Shown here: positions 1-13,199 of the stretch, in pieces
How positions within the stretch are numbered: the first letter of the stretch is position 1
Layout of the letters: each line of letters opens with the position of its first letter
Made by a program: the position numbers and the translations under genes
Notes under the pieces: generated by a model
The model's database searches: none
Seen by the model: only the letters and a program-made list of their open reading frames with translations
Told to the model about the DNA's origin: nothing
Assembly (NCBI GenBank): GCA_036172245.1
Contig: JAYWIR010000028.1
Location: 1,488,001 to 1,552,000 of the forward strand
Length of the DNA: 64,000 nt
Origin: Raillietiella orientalis
Lineage: Eukaryota
Direction: 5' to 3'

Positions 1-616
1 GTGATGTCCGCAATAGTGGCCAATCGGATGGACAGGACCAAGCGTCCTGCTTCCTATCCCCTTCTAGAGCGATGGGGCTGCCCCGAATTCCGGGCGGTTT
101 TCTCTCTCGCAGAGCCCCGCATCGCGGTCTCGCGGGAGCGACGCCAACCAGGGCAACGAGGGGGCCAACCTCCCACGCGCCCTGCAGTGACCTTCATCGG
201 TCCTCCGACCGCCGGGGATCAGTGGATTCTGCAGGTCTTCGCGCGTCGCCGGAGGAAGCGCCCGCCGCCGTTTTCCTCCCGACCACACCCTCCAACATTC
301 CTGGGGGTCCTCCTTGCTCCTCCCCATCCGAAGCTCCAGACCACTTGTCCGTTCCTTCCTCCTCCCAAAAGTCGCTCTCTCCGAAGATCCGCGCGCGTTT
401 CTACCCCAGAAAACAGGCGCGAGGGTCATGAGTCCCCTTTCCTTGGACCCTCACGCACGCGCCCTCATGCGCCCACAATCTCCGGCGCCCCAACAGCCGT
501 GCGAAGGCGGCACCGAGGAGCGACCCAGGAGCTGCGGCGATCGGAAGCCGCGGATTCCTGCGACGCGTTCTCACGTGTGGGCACATCCGCCACCACTCAT
601 CACGCGTAACATTCCG

Positions 617-628
617 CGTGACGTCACG
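617..628. promoter_or_regulatory. CRE palindrome CGTGACGTCACG in a CpG-dense island
   Basis: Exact TGACGTCA at 619-626; function inferred. Confidence 0.4.
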
Positions 629-2789
629 AAAAAGACGCGCTTCGTACAGATCATACGGAGCCGTGTACACATACACACGAGTGAGTGCGGCTGTTAATGT
701 GCTGCGAGTGAGTTCTCCCACGCGATCACGCGCTCGCACGGTGGTCAGGTATGCTCGCCCCGACCTGCCGCCCTCAGCGCGCGCTGTCGATCGCTGCGTC
801 CGCACGCGAACGTTGGCGGGACGCCGGTAGCAGGTGCACCCCGAGGTGAGCGAGCTATTCGTCCCAGAATCACCCACCCTGAATTGGTTGCATCCGGGAA
901 GGGGCGCTGAAGAACCTTTGCAGAGATTCGCCGTTCGCCGAAACTCTCCAGAAGTTTCCGGAAGCCGCGGCGATTCAAGAGCTCCTCCCCCCTCACTCCC
1001 GTGCTGAATGGAAAGGCGTGGAGGAGAGACTCCCCCTCCAAGTTCTCGGATCCCTCCCCCTGCTCATTCCTAAACATCCCTCGCGGAGACCAGGGTCTGG
1101 GAGGATTCGGGGGAAAGAGGAATGCCTGAGAATCCCCTGTCCCCCCCCTGCTCTTCTCTGACTCCGTGATCCCGAATCCTTCACTGGGAGCGTGGCTTTG
1201 GGAGCTCCTGGTTCGATTTCTGGACGGGAAAGCACCGAGCTCTCCCTTCTCAAGGAGAGGCCCGCGTTCGGCACATTCCACGGAGATGGCCGGCGGTGGA
1301 CCCTAAGGAAAGTTGCCCTTCCGGAGATTCGCTCTTCCGGAAGCAAGGGGGGAAAGGTGATGCTGATCCTCCTCCCCTTCCCCATTCCTTTCCTTCCTTC
1401 TTCCTTTTTCCGAGGAGGAGCTCCGAGCGTTGTGTTTCCATTCGTCAGGTGCTTCCCCGACCGCGTCGAGAGTCTCCGCATTCCAGCCCCCCTGAAGAAC
1501 AATTACCATGTGGATATGCAGGTGGTGATCAGCGCGCGGGAGGAGTCTGCATGGATTGCAGTTCGAGGTAATTGGTGTCGTGTATGGATGCCTGCTCTTT
1601 GGTCCGGACGAACCACCGAGATCTCCCTCCGCGCCCCAACTTCCCGCGTGCTCGCCTTGCCGCCTCCCGCACCTGGGGCTCCTCCACCGGGGGCGCGGAG
1701 GAATTTTCATTTTTTTTTTTTTCCTTCTTTCCTTTCCCCGAGATGCGGGCGCTCTCCCGCGCGAGCAGGTGCGGCACGCGCCGGGCCGGATTCGCCTGAT
1801 GAGCGGACGGGAGAGGGACTTTCCCTCCTCCAGGAAGATTTCCCCCCCTCCTCCCCTTCGAGGTCGGGTGCTGCGGGAGGCGCGGAGGAGGCTGGGGAAA
1901 GGGAGCGGGAGACCTTCCTCTCGAGGAAGCATCCTGGCACGAGTGCAGCGGCGGCGGGGTTTCCCTTCCGGGACGGCCGGAGCGTTCCAGGAAGCGGGCG
2001 GGCGGGCCTCAAGAGGGAGGCTTTCTGCGCTGCTGAGACGAAGACGATCTTTTTTTCCCTTCTTGCTTCCAGAGGTCCATCGATGTCCTGCGGATGCGGG
2101 TCGCTGCGCCTTCCGGCAGGATCTGCTTGAAACCGAGGTGCCCCCTCGGGAGAGGCTCAGCAACTGCGCGAGGGCATCGGGCGCAGAGTCTGTCGGGATC
2201 TTTTGAGGGAGGAAGGGGGGGAAGGGAGCAGTGCTCCGGAACAAATCCACTGATCCCGGCTGCGCCCGCGCCTCGAATTCGTAGGGATGGTGCTCTCGCT
2301 ACGAGGAAGAGTCCCGACTCCGCGAGTCCGGGTTCCCGCCTTCTCCATGGGGGCATCCCCCACTCCCCGAGCGGGCTGCTTCTGCTCCTCTGCACACCTC
2401 CCGGCTTCCTTCCCGTCGTCTTATGGTGAAAACATCGGGAAGCGGTTTTCCCGCCGTCCGCTCCTCTTCCTCCGGAGTCATCCGTTCGCCAGTAGCGGAG
2501 GCTGGAAAATGAAACGAATTTCCTGGTTCGGCGTGGCCGAGACCACAGAAGTGGATCTTCAAAAGGCGCATTATCGAAACCACCCCCATTCGTGCGCCCG
2601 CTCACCAGGGAAGCAAGCTAACGAGGACTCGCGTGACCACGGAAAGGGCTCTCTGATGACAGTTGCCCAAGACACCGGGTGGCGGGAGCTGCTCACGCGA
2701 TCTCACACTTGCGGTCCATTACTGGGAGCTCTCTCGCCCGGAGCAGAACGGCACCTTGCGGTACGAAGCGATCCCTGGCTCTTCAGGGA

Positions 2790-3120
2790 AGCAGCGCGAT
2801 GGCCTCGAGGATTCGGCGACCTGCGCTTCTCCCTCGTGTCTATCTGGAGATGCAGCAAGTCACGTGAGAGGGAGGATGCAAGACGGATAGATTTTCATTT
2901 GGAAGATGCTTTGCTCACATGTGTGCGTGTGTGTTTTCCTTTCTTCTCATCCAGAGATCGTGAATACCAACAGCTCACCGGACTGGCTCTGACTCTCCCG
3001 CCTACTAGGATGTTCCGAGAAATTTGCATTCGGCTCGGGAAGGAACTTTCCGGGAAGGAAAAAACATCCAGACTCCCACAAAAAAGATTTTGCCACTTTG
3101 AAGAAGCCCTGTCCACTCTT
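2790..3120 (+). mobile_element. Decayed L1/Tx1-like LINE APE endonuclease fragment
   Basis: SLVSIWRCSKSRERE..RRIDFHLEDALLTCVRVC...SRD resembles LxDIWRxxNPxxRE..SRIDF...SDH. Confidence 0.5.
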
Positions 3121-3529
3121 CCTTGCTCTCACATCCATATGAAATCCTAGCCAAACCTATTGGGTTCTTATCATTAATATTGATGTTATTATTTAGTGTC
3201 CAACACATAAAGATCAGAAAAGGTAGAGAGGCGCGGCTCGAGGTTAAAGGGTTCCCTACTTCCCTAGAATTGCATATGTAGTCGCCGATCACTCTTGAGA
3301 GAACACTCGTAATGTGAGCCATGGTTCGTCTCTCTCTCTCTCTCTCTCCCTTGGAAACGCACACCACGCACGCTCAGGAAGCAGAAATGACCCCTCGGAG
3401 AAACATTCCGAAAAGCTGCCAAAGAAGTTTCAGGGTGGAACCACCAGTGAGCTAAACTTAGCTTTCTTCTAGCTGACAGCAGCGCTGGGAATGTTTCCCT
3501 TTCGTTTTTCTCGAACTTCTGGAAAGCGA

Positions 3530-3720
3530 CCGACAGCAGCTCCTCTAGGAGACGCAGTCGGAAACATTTCTAGACGAAAGGATATCGGAAATGGCTGCAC
3601 GGTGCACTTCGTTGGCGAGGTGAAACTCAAGGTCATCTCCAGAGTGCATTATCCGTTGGAGCATTATCCGTTAGCTATCGCTCCCACCCTCCCCGGGAAT
3701 TGGCTGCAACCCACGCTTAG
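3530..3720 (+). mobile_element. Decayed Ty3/gypsy aspartic protease fragment
   Basis: GNGCTVHFVGEVKLKV...LPGNWLQ resembles retropepsin ANGxxxxxxGxVxLxV...LGxDWL. The catalytic DxG is degenerate. Confidence 0.45.
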
Positions 3721-6700
3721 TAGACACGAAGCTTTACGAACTCTATGGCAAAGACACGAAAGAGTTCACACTTTTTTTTGCTCTCTCTTTTTTTGTGTGT
3801 GTTCTGTTAGGTGGCATGAGCCTCCCGGAATCTACATCAGGCTTTTTTGCTTCCCTTTTAATTTGGTTAAACAGGCTCTATTCTGCTCTTCTCTGGAAAT
3901 AATTGATTGATTTCTTCTGCTTCAGTCGGCATGGATACCAAGTGCTTGTTCTGGACTGAGCAAACACTTGGGCTCGGCTTCATCCTTGCTGAATATCCGC
4001 AAACGAGGAGGGAGGGAGTGCTCAGGATGAAACAGCATTGGTTTGGGGGGGAGGGGGGGAAGAGCAGGAACTGATGACGTGTGTTGCGAAGAGAGCAGGG
4101 GTTCCTCCTGTAAACGGGGTGTGGCTCGGAGGCAACCAGAAGGTGAAGTGCACGTAAGCTGCTTCTTCCTACACTCTACTCTCAGAGGAGCGAAGCAATC
4201 CTATCGAGAAAAGGCTCCATTTTGGCGTAGAGAAAGCTGAATGCTGGGAGTGAGCTCTGAGAGAGAGAGAAGGGGAGGGGGAGGGGAGGAAGAGAACAAA
4301 AGGAAAAAGAAAGTGGGTCTGAAGAGAGGACCTAATCTGTCTGTTAGAGAGGGTCGTGTTCAGAAGAAACCTTGTAGGTGAAGAGCCCTTTTCCCAGAAG
4401 GCTAGTCGTTTCTCGACATGAGGGAAACTTTTGCACAGCGGAGCAATACAGAAACTGCTCCCTGGTAAAGGATGAAGAGCGAGCTGTCATTCTCAAGTTT
4501 CGAGCACCTTTGAGGGAAGATTTCGAGCTGAGAGTTTCCAATTTAAGACGTTGTTCCTCTCTTTTATCCTTTATAAGAAGGACCACTTTCTCTTCAGTTG
4601 CCGCCATTAAAAACCTGCAGTTTCGAAAGCGCAGTCCTGGTAGCCTCCTGAGGTTAAGGAACATCCTGGAAATCTTCAGAAGCGTGCAGGTGAGTTTCTG
4701 GACTGAGAACACTTTGCGCGTCGTGCCATATTTTAAGCCAACCTACCAAGTGCTGCTGCTTCCCACATGGCTCCATGCTCAGCGCTCCATGGTTGCCGAT
4801 GAGTAAGAAGATGCTGACCGGAAGAAACAGAGTGCAGGTATACGAGGACTGGGGTGCGAAAATGTACTTCCCTTCCCTAAAGGGAACAACAGCGCATGGA
4901 GGACGGAAGGTGAATGAGAAATGAGCCAGCTGCTCCCTTGAGGATACTTTGGAATTTTCTTCTTCCTTCCATGACCCGCAGCTTCATCCTCCTTTTGATT
5001 CCTTCTTGAGCAACCGTAAAAGCAGACCGAGGTTGTTTTGTTTTCACCGAATTCCCCGCGGCCACATCTTTGGATGCCCTGCCTCTCTGCTGGTCACTTC
5101 GGCAGCCATTTTCCAATGTGCTTCCTATTCCTGCTTGATTTTACTAAGAATAGTCTGCCTCCTTATCAACCTGCTGACTCATCAAACTGTCCATTCTGAG
5201 TAGTGAAGTCGAAGTTCAGACGAATGCTCTGTACCCCTTGCTATTGCACCTTCCAATTTTACGCCTGCAATCTGAGCAGCAAACTTTACCTGTCCACCTG
5301 AGGCACCTGGTAGACCTTTCCGGCTGATGCTTCAACTTCTGGAGTGATTTTAAGTGATACCACAACGTTCTCAACTGGGTGAGAGGACCATCCTATTCCA
5401 CCTAAATGCAACCGACAATCTGTGCTTGTCCCTTCCTTGCAGGATGGAATAGCCTTTATTGACTGTATTCCACCCACTGCATTCGTTAGACTTCTTTTTA
5501 ATTTTTATCCTTTTTCCTAAACTGCCATCCAGCTGTGCAATGTCACCGTGAATATCCTGAATAGGTCCATTCCGAATATAACTTTCACACCCTTGCTCCT
5601 CAGCTAGCTCACCAGAGCATCGGCATTTTTCATCTCCAACCAATTCTCTCAACTGAGCAGCTTTCCTTTATTTTGGCTGCTTTCAGTGTAAGTTTGGAAC
5701 ACTTTTCACTATCAGTTACCTAAAACCATTTTCATCTATCCTTTCTTAACTAAACTTCTCCATATCACCCCTTGAAAGGGACTATTGGCAATATGTGAAC
5801 GCCAAATTCCTTCAGCTGTCTGCCCAGTGACCTACACAAGTTAACAACTTCCTTGTTTTACTCTTCAACTGCTCAGAGTGAATCATGGTTCAGGTACAGA
5901 TGTTTGGCTAGACAAGTATGCATGTCTTAGCAACTTAGCTACATATCACCCTTTGAATAAGAAATTTATGATGTGATTAACTTTGAGCAACCACTCTGTC
6001 TCCTCTATTTCTACTATAAACCTCATCTTTTGCTGCAAGACCCCTACCACACTTACAAGTGTTCAGTTTTATTAGTCTAAAATGCTCACCTTCACGGTTT
6101 TAATAACGGCTGGCCAAAATTATGCAACCAGTAATTTACTACAGAAGTCTTTCATCATGCATTCTCATTCCTAGCAACTGCGATGAACTTTCCCACACAT
6201 GGACGAAGCCCTTTAACCTTCGATAAAATAGTCACCACCTCTCCTCGCGGTAGGTTAACGAGGAAGATAGATCCTTCAGCATCGATAACCCATGCTGAGT
6301 GCGACCAGACAGTCTTCGCTTTCGTATTTCATGCTTCATCCAATCTTCGTAAGTATGTTCAGCGAACTCGTCTGTATCCTTAGGTGGCCAGTATGGCACA
6401 TTCATATCCAAAGACATTATCTAAAACCAGCCTCAGCCTCATTCAAAGGCTCCCTGCCAAAATTCGCTGTTCTTCATATTTCACCCTCCGTCTTGCGCAC
6501 AAGATCAGCCACGTAAGTGATGCTTCCGTTTTCCAGACAGTTATGAGGCCTGAAAGATAATTTCGCTCCACCTAGCCTCACGCAGCAAGACGGGATCATA
6601 CCCCAGGAATCTTCAGCACCATTCGGTGGAGAAACCTGTGACTTTTGACAACTCTCATCAGAGGTGATAAGAAGCTGAAGCTGCGAGTCGAGATGCAGCC

Positions 6701-6999
6701 AGGTCTTAGTAGACGTGATGTCTGACCTCGAATAGGGCAGCTTGGAAGAACCGACCCGACCAGAGCAGGAGGAAGCTAGAGATCAAGTGGGCATCGCTTG
6801 CTTTGTGAGGAAAGGCTTTCGGATCAACAGGAAATGGAATTTTTTTTTTTTTTTTGCCAGTCCACTTGAGAAACCCAGCAGGTGATGCTGAGCATCCACA
6901 AAGTGTTAAGAGTGAACGAGGCTCTCTAAGAGAAAGACACGGTTCGAACGCAGCTCTCATGACTGAGAACTCTAGCCTCAGGCACCCAGCTGGAAGTCT

Positions 7000-7290
7000 C
7001 CTTTCCCAGAAACAAGTGTAGAACTGCTTTGTGATGTCCCTGCGGCGCCTTCTTTTCGACCGTGAGCACTTCTTCCAGTCAAGCCATCCCCGGCCACTCG
7101 TGCGGGCCAACGGGAGCACCGTTCGCCTCTGCCCAGTGAGTGCAAGCATACAAATTCTTCTTCCAGCCATGGGAAGCACCTCCAAGCGAGCTTGGAGGCT
7201 AACCTTTCTGCGGACACCGTCGTGATCCCTTTCCCGAAGGAACCCGAAGAAGTCGTACTCTGACGAGGCGCAGGAATGTGTAACTACTTT
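7000..7290 (-). mobile_element. Decayed LINE RT C-terminal fragment
   Basis: SSEY...ARLEVL..RRIC...WLDW..KRRRRRDITKQFY resembles LEY..W...LExVQ...LxWxxLxxRRxxxDLxxxYK. Confidence 0.45.
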
Positions 7291-7776
7291 GCCAAGCATC
7301 CCTCTTCACAGTGTCTACCTGACTCACTAGAGCAGGGAGGGCGGCGCAAGCGCCGGCGAGAGGTCACCTCATTTCATCCCCTTCACGCTGAAGAGAGGTG
7401 CTTGCCGCCCTACACTCAGCACAGTCTGCAAGAAAGGCTCGAGTGGAACAGACACCCTCCCATTAATTATTTCCTTTTATTCTATTTTATTTATTTATCT
7501 TTTTCTTTTTTCGTGGCCCCTTCCGTTTCCTTTTTTTCGCATGAGGTTGGCATGCAAATCGTTCGAGCCGTGTCTTTCTCCTAGAGAGGGTCGCTCCCTC
7601 TAAACACTTTGTGGATGCTCAGAACCACTTGCTGGGTTTCTCGATTGGACTGGAAAAAAAAAAATAAAAACAAAAAAATCCATTTTCTGTTCATCCGAAA
7701 GCCTTTCCTTGCGAGCAAGCGATCGCTCCACTTCTGCTCTGGTCGGGCCGGTTCTTCCATGCTGCCCTATTCAAGG

Positions 7777-8060
7777 TCAGACGTCATGCTCAATCATGCT
7801 GAACGAGTTGTGGGTGGAAGCGAGGTCCATATGAGGCAGGCCCCATTTAGGGTGTCTATATGCGCGCGCATCTGTTTCTTCATGTACCACTGAATAGGTA
7901 ACGTTGCGGCGAGTCAGGCAACAATCACCCCACTGTCCCCCACAGTCCACTACGCGAAATCGTTTCTGCTTCTCTACTCTTTGGCAACGTGTACCAGAGG
8001 CCGCTTTCCGTCGAAGCAAGGAGCCTGGGAGCAAACTTTCGACCGCTTCCATCTCCCGAG
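7777..8060 (-). mobile_element. Decayed gypsy integrase fragment
   Basis: Cys cluster followed by PKWGLPHMDLAS...MIEHD, resembling PWxRxHxDFA...LIxVD. Confidence 0.35.
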
Positions 8061-8759
8061 GCATCTGAAACCGATCCCTTCGTTGTCGCTTATGAAGAAC
8101 CCATCAGGGCGTGTCGGATTTGCTGCCAGAGGACTTCTGGGCATCGCGAACGGATCGCTGAGAAAATCCCCCCCCCCCCTTTTTTCGCCCTCATAAAATA
8201 GCAGTGCCAACAGCCTTGTGTGGTCACCCACCCGACAGTGAACTCAGTAAAACAAAGCTCGGCCATTAGCGGCGAGGTCAAACTCCGTCGGCACCGGAGT
8301 ATCCGACTTCCCATCACGCTGCAAATCCCTCTTGCAGGGAGGTGCTGTTTCCCTCTCGGTGGCGAGGCGTCATCAAGTCATCCCGAAATCATGGAAGCCT
8401 CTGCAACCGATCGAATTGCAGGGAGCAACTTTCCTCTTGCAGGCAAGTCGAAGACGATCACTCCTTTTCCTTTCCTCCGTCTAGCTGGAGGCTACTGCCT
8501 ACATCTGGGGAGACGCCATCTCCCCGTCGCCTCGTCTCAGCCAGTCGTGCTGGGCCAGGGCAACCTCCCAAGTCGGGAGGGAAGCGAAAAATGGCCAGAG
8601 ACGTAATCCCCGTCGAAGGCTCCCGCGAGGCAGTTTTTGCTGGAGTCTGCTCTCGTTCCCAGAGACCTCTCCGGGGAAGAAACTAGAGCGGAAGGGACTC
8701 TCGCTCGCTCGTGGCAGGATTTGCATAAAAACTTGACGTGTTTCTGTGCTTCCCGACGC

Positions 8760-8762
<3 letters not shown>

Positions 8763-8831
<69 letters not shown>
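8763..8831. repeat. Compound (CA)n-(GA)n microsatellite
   Basis: Directly visible. Confidence 0.95.
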
Positions 8832-8832
<1 letters not shown>

Positions 8833-9109
8833 AATGAGGGGAGGAGGAGAGAGCGAGAGAGAGTGCAACCTCGTGTGCTACGAATGCGGCTTCCAGCAGC
8901 GCTTTCCGCTGAGGTTCTGCCCGCCCGATGTCTTTCTTCAATCCGTCGGTAAACCCTTTCCTTGTGCAGCAGTCATTAGTGAGCCGAGCGCTATTGTTAT
9001 TAGCGCTGTTCATCATCATTAGAGTCTTGCTTGTTCCATTAATGGCCAACCTGATCTCTTGGTTCACTTAGGAGCAGCAGTCGCCTCGCTTCACTCTCCC
9101 ATGGCCGCC

Positions 9110-9417
9110 TTGATTCGTCGCCCGGGAAACAATGGATCTTCCCGGACGACCCTTTCTGCGAAGAACTTTATATCCGGGGAAGAGGCTGCAGAGCAGCCTT
9201 TTTCTGCGAGTCCCGAAAACGACTGGAGCTGAGCAGAGGGCTCTACGGATCTCGCGACTCTACTCAAGAGTCCTCCTCGCGTCCTCGGTGAAGACGCGAC
9301 CTCCCTCCTTCCCCGCGAGCGCGGAAGCGCGAGCGAGCCGTCCGCTTTCACGATGGCCTCAGAACCATCGCCCTCGACGTTCTCCCCGGATTTTTCCTGC
9401 CTTCCGCGCAGAAGCAA
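9110..9417 (-). mobile_element. Decayed gypsy RT N-terminal fragment
   Basis: IVKADGS..P....VEP....K..S....DIK spacing resembles the start of gypsy RT. Weak, by eye. Confidence 0.3.
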
Positions 9418-12400
9418 CCGGAAGCTCTCGAACCACGAGCGCCTTCCCCTCCCTCTGAGATCCGTGAAGAGACGAAGGGGAGTCCGTGGTGGATCCTCTC
9501 CCTGGGAACGCGCACCAGCATCGGGATCAAAGCTGGGGACACTGCCTATGCCACGGGCCAGAAAACCAGAAGAGAAGATCCTACCGCAGCTTGTGGAGCA
9601 TTCTTTTCATCTCTTTCTTTCTTTCTTTTTTGTGTAAAAAAAAGTTTTTGTTTTTTAGCGGCAGCTACGCCAGCAATTCCTCGTTTTTTTTTTTTACTTT
9701 TAGGTGAACCAATTCGAAAAATCACGGGGGGTAGGTGGCGCGGCCACCTTTCAGCGTGCCGCTCATCACTTGTGGATCTGGGCACACCTGTAGGCACGGA
9801 AGGAGCGGGGGAGGGAAGGGGTGGGAACCTACAGCTTGGTTGGTGTAGGTTCGAATCGCTCCTCGAAGGAGGGAGGGGAGGATGGGGTGTGGCTGTCGGC
9901 GGATTCAACGCGCTCGACTTCGTTTCGCGGGTCAAGGTCACGCTTCTGCGCCCGACACCTTCCCTTTCAAGGACGGTACTTCATTCACGTAACACGCAAG
10001 GTAATCCCTACGGGGTAGGGTGCGACAAGGGGAGCGGTGGAAGCGACGCAACGAGGAGTGGGTGGAGGTCTCGTCTCCGGGCGGGCTCCGTGGGTGGAGG
10101 AACACCGGGAGGTCAAGGAGGCGTCTCCGCGAGCCAGGTTCCCAAGTCCGGACGGATGGGTCCGGCAGCAGCGTCGCAGGGAGAGCATCCGCTGCTGCGG
10201 GCAACCAGACACTGCTGCCGCTGCGACCACTCTTGTAGGCGGCCAGCTGGAGCACCGCTCGCCTCTGCCCGGTGAGCGCAGACGCCAGCGTTTGCGCGCC
10301 GGTGCAAAGGGTTGCGCGCGTGCGCGTGGGAGTCGCGGAAGGACGCGTTCCACCTCCCTCCCAGCGTCTTCCAGCCTCGTTCCCAAGCAGCGCGCCAGAA
10401 GCGTCCGTATCGGGTTGCCCCTTGCTGGCTTCGGGGTAGCTGGCGACGCGTCGCAAGAGCGTCGCGCGCTTCCTCTCTCTTTCCGCATCTCTTCCTCCCC
10501 CTCCTACCTCTCTTTCGGCGGCGGGAAGAACGGAAGGAACGCTTCCCGTCCCTTCAGAAAGCGGACTGGACAACTGCAGGAGAGTTGGTCGTTCCTCCTG
10601 CTCTTCCGCGGCCGCCGCTCGAGTGAACGGAAACCAAGATGGCGGCGTCAACTCCGCGCTCGCCGAGAGGGTTCCCTCCTCCTCCTCCCCTTCTCCTCTT
10701 TGCTTTTTGTTTACTCTCCCCGCGCTCTAATGCTGCCCGCCTCACGTGATTCACTTTATCTCCTCCCCCCCTCCCCCGAGGAAAACGGGGGGATGGGACG
10801 CGCTCCAGGCAAGCTCGACAGCAGCTAAGAAGCAGTCAACAAGGCTCCACGTAAGACAAGTGAACCTGACTATCTTTTTGACCTTTTTTTTTTTTTTTTT
10901 TTTTCTGAAGAGGGCGCATCTCTCTGTTTCCTTCGCCACGAGGTGGGACGTGCTCTTTCCCAGCTGACTGCCGTGAGAACGGTTCGTTTCCAAGGAGAAA
11001 GAACACGAAGAGAACGTGCGCGCTCACTGGAGAAAAGGGAAAAAGTCCAGGAGCGATCAGGGAGCACCGTTTGAGACCGTCGGGTTCAACCGATCTACCG
11101 CCGGGGTCATGCGTCCGAGGCGACCTTCCTTGCGCGCCCTGCTTCGATTCCTGCCCTCCAAGAAGCTCCGTGGATGAGCAGGACCTGTCGCTGAATGCCG
11201 GAAGGGTCGCGGATTCCTGGCGAGCGGTCGAGGGACGAAAGCGCGGCGAAGGCGGACGGAAAGGGAGTCTTCCTTGGGAGCGCATACCGGAAGCGGGAAG
11301 GCGGAAACGGAGAGACTATCTCCTTGCAAAGAGGGGGTGCGCATTGCCCTGTCTGCAGTCTGCCCGCCGGCTGTTCTCTTCCGGATGATCCGCCTAGGGG
11401 GGATAAAGGGGAGGGAGATGCTTGCGAACACGAGGGGACGCGTCTTCGCAGCTGCAAGGATGCCGATCCCGCGCACCCGTGACTCACTTTATCCCCCCCC
11501 CCCCATCCAAGGGACGGGGCAGGATAGGGCCCGCGCTCTCTCGAGACACGCGAGGCGATACCCCGATGATGATGTGCTCCAGGAGCACGCGCAGCAGCAG
11601 CCCCTCCGTCCACTTTCACTTTCCGCGCGAGCGGGCACTGGGCGCGTAAAAGAGCGCGCGCGAGCGCCCCAGTGAGACAGTTGCCAGACGCGCGCGAGGA
11701 AGGGGGGGGGGGGGAGATGCAACTGGGATAAAGCGCGCTTCTATGGAGACGGGTGGAAACCCGATGAGGAGCGTCCCCGCGCTGCTTTTCGTCTTTTGCT
11801 TCGCCTTGCAACTTCGTTCCCGCGTCCTCGCGCTCGCAAGCATCCTTCCTGATCTCCCCCCCTTCCTCCTTCGACCACCCTACCTCGAGAGACTTCGAAC
11901 GGGGAGCTGCACACAGGAGGATCTCTCGTGCTGTACCTCCCCGGCTCACCGGCGGCGAGCTCCGAGCCCTTTTGTTCTCCCGAAAATCCCCAGGGATGGC
12001 TGTCGCCGCAACAATGGCCGGGGGCGCATCTTTGTGAGCGTTCCGAGGGCGCTGGCGCTTTGGAAAAGCTCCGGGGACCGGCGCGCGTGAAAGAGCGAGG
12101 ACGGGAAGCCCAAGGCAGGGCCGGCGGTGATTCGTCATCAGCGAAGGGGAGGAAGAGTTGCAGAGGGGCGACCCTGGGAGAAGAGCATCATCCGAGGCGC
12201 TGGATCGCGCCCTCGCGCGCCAGAGCAGCGGTGCCATCTGAGCGCGCTCTGCGAGAGGAAAACGCAACCTTCGGGTCCTTCCGCTTGCGACCTTCCCTTC
12301 ACCCTCCCCACCCACGTCAAAGCGAGGGCTTTCACGCTGTGGAACGGCGCTGGTAGCTGCCTGCGCGAGCGCGGATCGCTCATCCCGGAAGCGATCAGGG

Positions 12401-13199
12401 GAGGAGCTCTTGGGGAAGATCATCCGAGAACACTGTCCACGCTGTCATCGTTCCCGTCCTTTCCCCTCGCGTAAGACAGCTGATTCCTTTCGTTCCCCCC
12501 CCCCCCTCTTCACCCTCTCCCCCTCTCTCCTGATGTGCTTCGGAGGGGTACATTTGTTCCTGACGAGCATCTCGGGGTTTGAAAAGGAGGAGGAGCGGAA
12601 CAAAAGCAAGGCTTTCCCTCGAAAGCCTACTGGGAGTCGATGACCCCTCCGTTTCGTCAGGAGAAGCTTCCTTCCGTAGGTCCACCTTCCGGGAGCGCCG
12701 TTCTGAAGGTGTCAGCTCAGCTGGCACCTTCTTCGGCCTGATGCCGCGGTCCTCTGAGCGGGAAGTGCCCAAGGTGATCGCGCCGGGTCAGGACGTGCGG
12801 TGTGTGAATTGGCAGCCAAAATCGGAGAGCCGCCGGATTCTGGGTGCAGGGGAGCACCCAAAATCAGAGGAAGACCCTGCTCCCTTTCCGGGCGGATCCG
12901 CTTCCTGCACGGGGAGCACCTGCCGTCCACCGATCACCCCCACGCGAAACAGCTGAGCGCACCAACCGGAACGGAGCGCACCGTGCGCCTGGAACGAGGT
13001 GTGCAAGAGGTGCGTGGCTGCCCCCTTCGTCTCGGCCCGCGGACGAGGCCGTGGCTCTCGGAGGCCGAGACGGGAAGACGCGCGACTCATGGCCCGACGG
13101 ATGCTTCCAGAACACCTTCCGGGAATGGTTGATGCTTCGGAGCGCGCCCCTTTCTATCTCTTTCTATGTTCTCCGCCTGTAGCCCGGGAGGATCTTCCA

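Noticed and set aside
7822..7848. KWGLPHMDL as a Helitron HUH motif (minus strand)
   Set aside because: Second His is absent; context fits the integrase HxD motif at least as well.
9700..12500. Long overlapping ORFs (e.g. 438 aa at 11107-12423; similar ones at 33255-37782)
   Set aside because: R/P/S/G/A-rich, open in several frames on both strands, with no intact domains: typical GC-rich artefacts.
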